Positions 28,281 to 37,033 of a DNA stretch of 64,000 nt are shown here, one piece after another. Position 1 is the first letter of the stretch, and each line of letters begins with the position of its first letter. The notes below the pieces were generated by a model that saw only the letters and a program-made list of their open reading frames with translations, did no database searches and was not told where the DNA came from. The translations under genes were made by a program, and so were the position numbers. Source of the stretch: an uncultured Gemmatimonadales bacterium. Its GTDB lineage: Bacteria; Gemmatimonadota; Gemmatimonadetes; Gemmatimonadales; GWC2-71-9. Location of the stretch: contig CAVUAK010000003.1 in NCBI GenBank assembly GCA_963739455.1, positions 320,001 to 384,000 of the forward strand, in the 5' to 3' direction.

Positions 28281-30032
28281 TCAAGAGGATCCCGGCCAGA
28301 TCGACCCTAGCCGCCAGCGCAGGGTATCAATCGCGCGCTCGACCCGCCCGCGGCGGGTAACGCGATTGAGCGCCTGCAGGAAGTCGGTGGCACTCGCATA
28401 GCGCCGGTCGACGCCGCTTTGGAGCGCCCGCTGCAGCACGCTGGCGAGTCCCGGTCCCACGTCGGGTGCCACGGTGCGCAGGTCAGGTGCCTGGTCGGTG
28501 GCCTGTCGCGCGAGCACCTGTTCCGGTGTCACTCCCTCGAACGGTGGATGTCCGAGGAGGGCGAAGTAGGCCACGGCCGCCAGGCTGTACAGGTCGCTGC
28601 GCTGGTCCACCTTCTCGCCCAGCAACTGCTCGGGACTCGCGAACTGGGGCGTGCCGCTCTGGCTCGTGGCGCCACCAAAGCGTCCGCCCCTGAGCGCCAG
28701 CGCCAGCCCGAAGTCGGTGATCTTGAGGCTGCCGCCCGGCGCGATCAGCATGTTTTCCGGCTTGATATCGCGGTGCACCAGGCCAAGTGCGTGAGCCTGT
28801 GCCAGGGCGCCGAGTGCCTCGCGCAGCAGGCGGATGACCCGTGGTACGCTGAGCGGCCCTTCGCGCTCCACCAGCTGCGCCAGGTTGGGCCCGCGCACCA
28901 GTTCCATCGTGTACCAGAGCAGCCCCGAGCGGGACTGGATGTCGTAGATGTCCACCACGTTCGGGTGCTTCAGTTTCGCGGCGAGCTGCGCCTCGCGACG
29001 GAATCGCTCGACACCGGCGAGGTCGCGGGTGAGTGCCGGGTGCAGGACCTTGAGCGCCACCTCGCGCTCGAGGTGAAGGTCGCGCGCGCGATACACCCTG
29101 CCGAATCCGCCGCTGCCGACGGTGTCCAGCAGCTCGTAGTCATCGCCGAGCGCCCGGCGAAGCAGCTTTTCCCATTCCTCCGCATGGTCGGCGGTGGTGT
29201 CGAGCTGCGCGCCTGCCGGTCGCACCGACACGGCCTCCACGGCACCGGCCTCCGACGCGAAGTCCTCCAGCATTTCGCCGGCCGAGAGATACCGGCGGCT
29301 GGGATCGGCGCGCAGTGCGCGCACGATGATCCGTTCCAGCGTGCGCGGCGTGGTGGGGCGCAATTCGGAGGGGCGGCGAATGGCGGCGGGGTCGAGGGCT
29401 GGCTCGGTGCCGGTGGCGGCGTAGTAGAGCACCGCGCCGGCGGTATACACATCGCTGGCCGGCTCGCCGGGTTCACCCTGTCGTACTTCGGGCGCCATGA
29501 ACGGAAGTCCCGTCGGCTCGATACCGGCCGGTACCGCGGGCAGCGTCCAGCTGCTGAAGCGCAGGTCGGTGACGGTGCCACGACCCGCATGACTCAGGAC
29601 GATCCCCGCCGGCACGATGCGCCGGAACAGGATGCCCTGGGTGTGCGCATGCTCCAGCGCGCTCAGGAGGTCGCGCGCCAGGGTGTGTACGGTGGGGATC
29701 AGCCGCGGCCCGCGCTGCGCCGCGTGCTCGAGGCTCTCGCCGTCGATCCAGTTGCCGATGCGGAACGCCACGTCACCCACCACGCCGACATCGTATACGT
29801 GCCGGATCGCCGGGTGGTCGAGCTGCGCCAGCGCCTCGGCCTCGCGGAGGAACCATCCCCGCATCGGTTCAGTGGTGTAGATGTTTGCCCGGATGCTGAC
29901 GCGGCGGTTCAGCACGCGATCGAGGCCCACGAAGAGGAGACGCTCGGCGTCGGCGGCAACCACCCGCTCGAGCCGGTATCGGGTGCCGAGCGCCATCTCG
30001 GCTGCCGCGAAGTAGTCGGCCGCCTCGCTCAT
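28281..30032 (-). CDS. Cytoplasmic tandem pseudokinase + Ser/Thr kinase
   Basis: C-terminal domain intact (GSGGFG, VALK, HRDIKPEN, DFG, SPE); N-terminal kinase-fold domain has VSIR, FRRI and DLR in place of VAxK, HRD and DFG. Start at MSEAADY. Confidence 0.88.
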   Translation of the reverse strand: MSEAADYFAAAEMALGTRYRLERVVAADAERLLFVGLDRVLNRRVSIRANIYTTEPMRGWFLREAEALAQLDHPAIRHVYDVGVVGDVAFRIGNWIDGESLEHAAQRGPRLIPTVHTLARDLLSALEHAHTQGILFRRIVPAGIVLSHAGRGTVTDLRFSSWTLPAVPAGIEPTGLPFMAPEVRQGEPGEPASDVYTAGAVLYYAATGTEPALDPAAIRRPSELRPTTPRTLERIIVRALRADPSRRYLSAGEMLEDFASEAGAVEAVSVRPAGAQLDTTADHAEEWEKLLRRALGDDYELLDTVGSGGFGRVYRARDLHLEREVALKVLHPALTRDLAGVERFRREAQLAAKLKHPNVVDIYDIQSRSGLLWYTMELVRGPNLAQLVEREGPLSVPRVIRLLREALGALAQAHALGLVHRDIKPENMLIAPGGSLKITDFGLALALRGGRFGGATSQSGTPQFASPEQLLGEKVDQRSDLYSLAAVAYFALLGHPPFEGVTPEQVLARQATDQAPDLRTVAPDVGPGLASVLQRALQSGVDRRYASATDFLQALNRVTRRGRVERAIDTLRWRLGSIWPGSS

Positions 30033-30039
30033 GGCGCCG

Positions 30040-30582
30040 TCAGGTCTGGCCGCCGCGCCGTCGCTCGACGCGCATGCCCCGGCCGCAGTATTCCGGGCTG
30101 CACCAGATCCGGTACTGCGTTGGCGATCGATCCAGCAGGAAGAGGGAGCAGGTCGGCCCGGTACAGAGCCGGATGACCGGAGATGGGAGGGCCAGCGTCT
30201 CGGCGGCCATGCGCGCGATCGTCGCCAGGACGCCCGGCGGCTCGTCAGGCGCAAACGTCAGCTGCCACTGACCCGCGACGCGCACTAGCTGCTGTCCACC
30301 AGGCACGGAGGCAAGCAGCTCGTTGATGGCGCGCACACTCCCGGAGGGAGATGGCTGGCCCGTGGCCAGGGCGTTGGCGAGGTCGGTGAGGTGGGTCCGG
30401 AGGGCGCGAACGTCATCGAACGGTACCGGGCCGGCGGGCAGCTGCAGCGCCTCGAGCCATGCGTCCCAGGCGGGAGCACCATTCAGCCTGTCGGGCGGGT
30501 TGGGCTCGCGGCCGCGGCCCGTGTTCACGAAGTCGAGCCACACGGCATCACCGAGGAGGATGAACCGGTCCTCCCGTGCCAC
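30040..30582 (-). CDS. ABATE/CGNR zinc-finger protein
   Basis: WLDFVNT N-terminus; RLCTGPTCSLFLLDRS..RIWCSPEYCG with four Cys. Confidence 0.85.
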   Translation of the reverse strand: MAREDRFILLGDAVWLDFVNTGRGREPNPPDRLNGAPAWDAWLEALQLPAGPVPFDDVRALRTHLTDLANALATGQPSPSGSVRAINELLASVPGGQQLVRVAGQWQLTFAPDEPPGVLATIARMAAETLALPSPVIRLCTGPTCSLFLLDRSPTQYRIWCSPEYCGRGMRVERRRGGQT

Positions 30583-30583
30583 C

Positions 30584-31921
30584 TCAGTCCTCGGCGATCG
30601 CGACGGCGTTGCGCCCGCTGCGCTTGGCGCGGTAGAGCGCCGCGTCGGCGGCGGCGAGGACACTGGTGACCGAAGTGCCAAGGCGCGGGCACTCCGCCAG
30701 GCCGAAGCTCGCCGTGCACCGGCCGAACTCGGCGTGCATTTCCTCGAGGCGTGCCAGGCCCGACTGTACCCGCGACACGAACACCATCGCCTCTTCCGGC
30801 TTCGTCATCGGAAGGATCACGAGGAACTCGTCGCCGCCCAGCCGGCCACACACGTCGAGCGTGCGGCACTCGCGTCGCAGCACCTCGGCCACCTCGACGA
30901 GCATTCGGTCGCCGGCGGCGTGCCCCATGTCGTCGTTCACCTTCTTGAAGAAGTCGAGGTCGAGCAGGAGGGCGGTGGTGTTGAGCTGGTGACGGAGGCT
31001 GCGCGAGATCTCGGCCGCGAGTCGCTCTTCTAGGGCCCGCCGGTTGTACAGTCCCGTGAGCTCATCCGTGGACGCCGCGCTCTGCAGCTGCTCGACCAGC
31101 TCGCTGTTCTTGAGTGCAATCGCGGCGGCGAACGAGAGTGTTCCCGCGAGCTCGAGCTCCGCCCGGGCATACGGCTTGTCACTGATCCGCGGTCCAAGCA
31201 CGAGCACTGCCATTCGCTCCGAGCCGGCGTCGAGCGGAACGACCAGTTCGGCGCCGGGGCCAACCAGCTGCGCCACGCCGACTTCCTGGGCGCTCAGTGC
31301 GGCGCTGCCTGCGGGGATCTTGCCGTCGAGCGTGGTCCGCTCGATTGGAGCAGGACGCCGACGGTCGTTGAGCGACCGGTAGACCTTCGGGTGGTAGTGG
31401 GCCCCGTCCGGGCGATAGAGGCAGGCCCACCACGCGAAGAAGACCTCGGCCATGAAGTCGAGGACCAGTTGCTCGGTTTCCTCGGTCGAGTGGACCGAAC
31501 TGAGAAGCCGCGCGACCTGCCGCAGGGCACGCAGCTGGAAGCCGGCGTCGTCGAGCGCCGCCTGCCGCTCGATGAGGATGGTGCGAAGCTCGATGACCAC
31601 TGAAAGCGCCATGACGAGCGGAAGTGCCACCCCCCGCAGGTCGCCAGCAATCACCGGGTCCGCGAATACCGCTACCTCGGTTGCCCCACTTGCCAGCTTG
31701 GCAACTTGCACCGCCTGGTCGTAGCCCTCCACCGGACCCACGCGCGGAATTGGCGCGGCGGGTCCGGTAATGACGAACCATATCTTTTCGGAAAGGAATC
31801 GCTGGACCAGGAAGGTGCGGCAACGCTCGAACAATTCCCCATCCGTGCGCGCGCTGCGACAGGCGGCGGCGAAGGCGGAAGGGAGGTGCGAGAGCAGGTT
31901 CGTTGAGGGTGGGACGGTCAT
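30584..31921 (-). CDS. GAF-like + GGDEF diguanylate cyclase
   Basis: DELTGLYNRR, DLDFFKKVND..GHAAGD, I-site RTLD, intact GGDEF, ADAALYRAK. Confidence 0.92.
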   Translation of the reverse strand: MTVPPSTNLLSHLPSAFAAACRSARTDGELFERCRTFLVQRFLSEKIWFVITGPAAPIPRVGPVEGYDQAVQVAKLASGATEVAVFADPVIAGDLRGVALPLVMALSVVIELRTILIERQAALDDAGFQLRALRQVARLLSSVHSTEETEQLVLDFMAEVFFAWWACLYRPDGAHYHPKVYRSLNDRRRPAPIERTTLDGKIPAGSAALSAQEVGVAQLVGPGAELVVPLDAGSERMAVLVLGPRISDKPYARAELELAGTLSFAAAIALKNSELVEQLQSAASTDELTGLYNRRALEERLAAEISRSLRHQLNTTALLLDLDFFKKVNDDMGHAAGDRMLVEVAEVLRRECRTLDVCGRLGGDEFLVILPMTKPEEAMVFVSRVQSGLARLEEMHAEFGRCTASFGLAECPRLGTSVTSVLAAADAALYRAKRSGRNAVAIAED

Positions 31922-32018
31922 TGACAGGAAGGTAAACCGGCACCCCCCTGGACGGTATCGTGGAAGCGGCCCGGATCCCGGGTGCAATGATTGACACAAC
32001 TGCTTGCGGGGCGCCCGG

Positions 32019-33515
32019 TTACCGAATGGTGATCCGAACTCCCGGCGGGGGGGCAATCCGACCTCCGAGGCGCGTCCCGAAGTGGGTCACGACCAGGTCG
32101 GCGACTCGCGGTGCCGTGGTGAGGTCGCCGCAGGGACCGGCCGCCTCGGGAATGTTGTAGCCATCCCCCCCGCGGCACGCGAGGTACGCCGGGATGCTGA
32201 GCCGGATGATCTGGTCAGGATAGATCGAATTGCCGAGCTGCGTTGTCACCGGGCCGGCGATGCGCGATCCCGAGGGCCGGCCGCGGTCGAACGTGAACTT
32301 GATGCCCGACACCTGCAGGAACCCCCCATTGCCGAAGTTCCGGTCCGACACGCTGTTCTCGAGGATGTCGCGCAGTCGCTGGCCCGAGACCGGGACGGTG
32401 ACGATGCGGGTTTCGTCGGCGAACAGGAAGATTGATTCAATGGTGTAGAACCAGATCGGTCCCGGAGGGATGATCTCGTTGAGCCGCAGCGCGCCGCCGT
32501 TGATGACGCCGACGTCCGTGGCGGTGCCCAGCCGGATCGCATCGGTGACCAGGTCGCCCAGGACGGTCTCCTGTGATCGCTGTGGCTCGTCGCGCGCGTC
32601 GATGGGCTGCATGACGATGCCCACCGTGTAGTTCGGCCCCAGCCTGAGGCGGAGGCTGTCCTGCCAGCGGGCCACCACCGCCCCCACGGCCGTATCCATG
32701 GGGAGGTTCGGCGCCACATCGAGGAGTCGCGGCGCGGTCTTCCAGTCGTTCTTTGCCCCCCAGATCGTCATGAACTGCGTCGACACGGCGTTGGCATCGG
32801 CCTTGAGCACATAGCGCGTTCCGACCGCCACGGTGTGCGCATCATGGGTGTTCCCGCCGAGCACGAGCTCGAGGTCTCCCTCACGATTCAGCAGCGCCAC
32901 GTCGGCGGCGAGTGCCTGGTGCGTGAGGGCCACGATCATGTCGGCACCCATCGCGGCCAGTGAGTCGAGGGCCACCGTCGCGGCGCTGTCCGGCGATCCA
33001 CACTGCACATACCTCGGATACTGGCCCTGCAAGGTGAGGCCGAAGATCCCGATCTTCTTGCCATACACGCGGACCGTGTCCCACGGCAGCACGCCCGGGA
33101 AGCGCGAGCCATCGGATTGCACGCAGTTGCTGGACAGCCACTTGAACTTCGACTCATCGATCCGTGCCAGGAGGGTGTCGAGCGGAAGGTTGAACTCGTG
33201 GTTGCCGAACGTGACGTAGTCCAGCCCGGCGGCGTTAAGAGCCTCGACCATCTGCGCGCCGTTGTAGTAGCGGCTGAGCAGGCTCGGCCCCAGGAAATCG
33301 CCGGCCAGCACGAACAGCACCGGGCCCTCCGCCGAGATCCGCTGCTTGAGGGTCGCGAGGCGGGCCAGGCCCCCGTTGCCGTCGGGCAGCGTGTCGGCGA
33401 CGTAGACGTCGTTGATCGACAGGAATCGCGCCGGGTTGGTCGGTGCCGCTGCCTTGGGCAGTCCAGTGCAGGCAACCGCCGCAAGGGCGGTGATCGCGAG
33501 GAACAGGTTTCGCAA
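32019..33515 (-). CDS. Bifunctional metallophosphatase/5'-nucleotidase lipoprotein
   Basis: Lipobox AVAC, NDVY, AGDFLGPS, GNHEF, THQ, GGNTH; C-terminal NGGALR and FLQVSGI. Confidence 0.85.
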   Translation of the reverse strand: MRNLFLAITALAAVACTGLPKAAAPTNPARFLSINDVYVADTLPDGNGGLARLATLKQRISAEGPVLFVLAGDFLGPSLLSRYYNGAQMVEALNAAGLDYVTFGNHEFNLPLDTLLARIDESKFKWLSSNCVQSDGSRFPGVLPWDTVRVYGKKIGIFGLTLQGQYPRYVQCGSPDSAATVALDSLAAMGADMIVALTHQALAADVALLNREGDLELVLGGNTHDAHTVAVGTRYVLKADANAVSTQFMTIWGAKNDWKTAPRLLDVAPNLPMDTAVGAVVARWQDSLRLRLGPNYTVGIVMQPIDARDEPQRSQETVLGDLVTDAIRLGTATDVGVINGGALRLNEIIPPGPIWFYTIESIFLFADETRIVTVPVSGQRLRDILENSVSDRNFGNGGFLQVSGIKFTFDRGRPSGSRIAGPVTTQLGNSIYPDQIIRLSIPAYLACRGGDGYNIPEAAGPCGDLTTAPRVADLVVTHFGTRLGGRIAPPPGVRITIR

Positions 33516-33539
33516 CGGTGATCCCGGGATGGAAGTCAG

Positions 33540-34151
33540 TCAGTCCTCATGCGCGCGGAGCGCACGCACGACGTCCGTGCTCAGCACCCGCAGTTCCTCG
33601 AGCATCTCGGGCCGTTGCCAGTCCGATCGCTCCTCCAGCAGCTCGAGCAGCGAGCGATACCACCATACCGTCTGCTCAGACGACGCCGACGACACTGTAC
33701 GCACATACTCGGCGCCCAGGCGCCGCAGGGCGGTCAGGGTCAGTCCGGCGCAGTGGATCTCGTCTGCCACGCAGATGTCCACCGCGCGTGGCTCGGCCAC
33801 CCCGAGGTGCGCGAGGTAGTCGTGCTTCACTGCCCGCCACGGCAGCTCGCATCCACGCGCGTCGAAGCGCGTTTCCACCGCATCGCGCGCGATCGCCAGC
33901 ACCACGGAGCCGAACTTGATCCCGATGTTCTGCTCCATGCCCTGGCGCGCATCGGGCGCCGTCTCCTCCAGCACCAGGTGGAGCACGCCGGCCACCACTG
34001 TCGGCTGGTCGGCGCTGTACCGGCTCAGGATGACGGCGAGGTTGCCCGGGTGCGCGATGAAGTCCGCGCTGCCGGTCGCCGGCGCGCGCGGGACGTAGTG
34101 CTTGGCCGCGAAGGCAAAGGCATGATGAATGCGATCGGAGTAACCGTGCAT
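33540..34151 (-). CDS. RelA/SpoT-hydrolase-like (HD_4) small protein with degenerate HD motif
   Basis: RIHHAFAFAAKH..FIAHP..AGVLHLVLEET..FGSVV..ADEIH matches the SAH/Mesh1 pattern, but HD is HL. Confidence 0.7.
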   Translation of the reverse strand: MHGYSDRIHHAFAFAAKHYVPRAPATGSADFIAHPGNLAVILSRYSADQPTVVAGVLHLVLEETAPDARQGMEQNIGIKFGSVVLAIARDAVETRFDARGCELPWRAVKHDYLAHLGVAEPRAVDICVADEIHCAGLTLTALRRLGAEYVRTVSSASSEQTVWWYRSLLELLEERSDWQRPEMLEELRVLSTDVVRALRAHED

Positions 34152-34188
34152 GCGGGCGGCTAGCCGTCCAGTCGGTCGCGCGGGATGG

Positions 34189-34824
34189 TCAGGGAATCCC
34201 CAGAAGTTTATGCGTCTGGAGGCTCATCTTCCAGCGGGGATGCGCCAGGCAGTAGCGCACCGCCGCCGCGGTGTTGGCCTCGCGATGGGGCCCGTCCATC
34301 GGCTGCAGGAAGAAATGGTCGAACGCGAGACCCTCGAAACGCTCGGGCATCGCCAGCGGCTGGGGGTACACGAGCTTGAGCTCGTTGCCGGCTGCCAGCA
34401 CCATGGGGGCCGCCGCCTTGGGGCTGACGCAGATCCAGTCCAGGCCCGATGGCGGCAGCTGCGTCCCGTTCGTCTCCACTGCCACCAGGATGCCCCGCTG
34501 ATGCAGCGCCTCGACCAGCGGCTCGTCGAGCTGCAGCAGCGGCTCGCCACCGGTGCAGACCACGTAAGGTGACCCGCCGCCGCCCGCCGGCCATGCCGCC
34601 AGTACCGCGTCAGCCAGCGCCGCCGGAGTGGCGAACTTCCCCCCGCCCGGGCCATCCGTGCCCACAAACTCAGTGTCGCAGAAGTCGCAGATGGCGGTGG
34701 CTCGGTCTGCCTCGCGTCCGCTCCACAGGTTGCACCCGGCGAAGCGGCAGAACACCGCCGCGCGGCCCGTCTGCGCCCCTTCACCCTGGAGCGTGTAGAA
34801 CAACTCCTTCACCGCATATGTCAT
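34189..34824 (-). CDS. queE: 7-carboxy-7-deazaguanine synthase (Cx14CxxC type)
   Basis: [50 protein letters not shown]. Confidence 0.95.
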   Translation of the reverse strand: MTYAVKELFYTLQGEGAQTGRAAVFCRFAGCNLWSGREADRATAICDFCDTEFVGTDGPGGGKFATPAALADAVLAAWPAGGGGSPYVVCTGGEPLLQLDEPLVEALHQRGILVAVETNGTQLPPSGLDWICVSPKAAAPMVLAAGNELKLVYPQPLAMPERFEGLAFDHFFLQPMDGPHREANTAAAVRYCLAHPRWKMSLQTHKLLGIP

Positions 34825-35517
34825 GAGGTGCGTGCGTACGGCGCCGGATCAGTGAGCCCCGCCTCGGCAAAGCCCCTGAGCCGCAGCAGGCACGCATCGC
34901 AGCGCCCACAGGCGTTTCCGTGCGCATCGGGATCGTAGCAGGTGCGGGTCAGCGAGAAGTCCACGTCCAGCTCCCGGCCTCGCTCGACGATCTGCCGCTT
35001 GGTCATCCGGATGAGTGGCGCATGGATCGTGATCGCACGCCCCTCCGTCCCCATCCTGGTGCCTAGGCGCGCCATTGCCTCGAAGGCCCGCATGAATTCC
35101 GGCCGGCAGTCGGGGTAGCCGCTGTAGTCGATCGCGTTGGCACCGATGAACAGGTCGCTCGAGTCCAGGGTCTCGGCCCAGCCCAGCGCCAGCGAGAGGA
35201 AGATGGTATTGCGCGCCGGCACGTACGTCACCGGGATGGCGGCATCCATTGCCGCGAGCGGGCGGTCCTTGGGTACGTCGATGCCGGCGGTGAGTGCCGA
35301 GCCACCGAACGCAGCCAGGTCGATGTCGAGCACGGCGTGGCGCGCGACGCCGAGCGCCGCCGCCACCCGGCGCGCCGCGTCCAGTTCGATGGCGTGGCGC
35401 TGGCCATAGCGGAAACTCAGCGCGTACACCTCGAATCCCTGCTCCCGGGCGATCGGCGCCGGTGGTGGCGGAATCCATGCCCCCCGAGAGCAGCAATACG
35501 GCACGACGCGTGGTCAT
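34821..35517 (-). CDS. queC: 7-cyano-7-deazaguanine synthase (frameshift ~35455)
   Basis: [41 protein letters not shown]. Confidence 0.93.
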
Positions 35518-35534
35518 GCCGTAATTCTAACGGG

Positions 35535-36901
35535 CTAGCGCCCGAGGACGTGCCGCAGCGCGGCCTCCAGCTGCCCATGTCGGTGACGGTAGCGGTACTC
35601 CTGCAGCAACTCCGGTAGCACGCGGGTGCTGGCGAGCAGCGTTGCCTCCGCCATCTCCCCGAAGACCAGCTTGACTGCCGCTGCCGGCAACGGCAGGATC
35701 GCCGGCCGCTCCAGCACGCGGCCCAGGGTGCGCGCGAGGTCGGCGTTCCGCGCCGGCGCAGGGGCGACGGCATTGAACGCGCCCCGCACCTGCTGGTTGG
35801 TGGCCGCGAGGTACAGCATCGAGATCGCGTCGTCGATCGAGGCCCACCCGAACCATTGGCGCCCGCCGCCGACCGGTCCTCCCACGCCGGCGAGAAAGGG
35901 AGGCAGGAGCTTGTGCAGCGCGCCGCCCGCAGGGCTCAGGACGATGCCGAAGCGCGGGTGGGCCACGCGCACTCCGGCACCCGTGGCCTGGTCCGCCGCG
36001 CCTTCCCACGCCTGCACCAGGGAGGGGAAGAACCCGGCACCGGGCGCCGCCTCGTCGCCCAGCGGCTCATCGCCCCGGTCGCCGTAGAATCCCGAGGCCG
36101 ATACCGACACGAGCACCGGTGGTCGCGGCGTCGCGCGCGCCACCGCCTGCGCGAGCAGCCCCGCCGAGCGCACCCGGCTGTCGATCAGCTCCTGCTTCCG
36201 CTCCGATGTCCATCGCCCGCCGGCCACGTTGGCACCGGCGAGGTTGATGACGGCGTCGGCGCCGGCCAGCACTGACGAGTCGATCGTCCCGCGGGCTGGA
36301 TCCCAGAGGGAGTCGCCCGGCCCGGGTTGCTCCGCACCAGCCGGGTCACCTGGTGGCCGCCACTGGTAAGGAAGGGCACCAGCGCCGAGCCGATCATGCC
36401 GGTGGCGCCGGCCACGACGAACCGCTTCGGCGGCACGCCCGCGTGCGCCGCGAGGTCGGCCGCGAGCGTGGCGTGACGATAACGCAGCATCCGCTCGAGC
36501 CGCGCCCGCAGCGTGGGCCCGCTGAACAGTGCCCCGGCACCGCCCAGCGGGGGCACGCAGGTGATGCAGTCGCTCAGCAGGGTGGCGCCCGCGCCGTCCG
36601 CCGTCATGTCATGCTCGTGCACCCAGCTCGTGAACGGGCCTTCCTCCTGCACGTCCACGAACCCGCGCCCTGTCACCACGTCGCGGTGCACCGCGACCCA
36701 GCGAAGCGGCACCGGTCCCAGCTTCACCTCCATCACCACGCGGGCCCCGTTTTCGATCCCGCCGGTGCGCTCCAGGACGCGCGCCTCTTCCCAGGGAGGC
36801 ACCAGCCGCTCGAGCGCGCCCGGCCGGGTGTGCCACTGCCACACCTCGTCCACCGGCCGCTCGATACGGGTCGTTCGCTCGACAACCAGTTGGTTGGTCA
36901 T
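35535..36901 (-). CDS. SRPBCC + TIGR01777 (YfcH-like) NAD-binding epimerase fusion (frameshift ~36320)
   Basis: WHTRPGALERLVPPW..FVDVQEEGPF (SRPBCC), GATGMIG, then VINLAG..RWT, RFGIVLS, GGGRQW, NAVAP. Confidence 0.85.
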
Positions 36902-37033
36902 GGTCCCGGTACCCCGCATGCGAGCCGCGGGTTCCGGCGACTCGGGAGCGGCAATCGGTATCGTGCGACGGCGGGATCGTTTAACTTTGCGCTCCGTTGT
37001 ACGCAGGCTCACGCCGCACCAGAGGAGGCGACC

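Noticed and set aside
34189..35517. QueC-based anti-phage or DNA-modification system (Qat, Dpd, CBASS type IV)
   Set aside because: QueC, QueE and QueF are canonical in size and motifs, and no TGT-like, TatD, cyclase or dpd genes are nearby; ordinary queuosine synthesis fits.
36353..37033. Long N-terminal extension of SpeA
   Set aside because: It is the antisense of the SRPBCC/TIGR01777 gene; the SD at 37022 marks the likely start.
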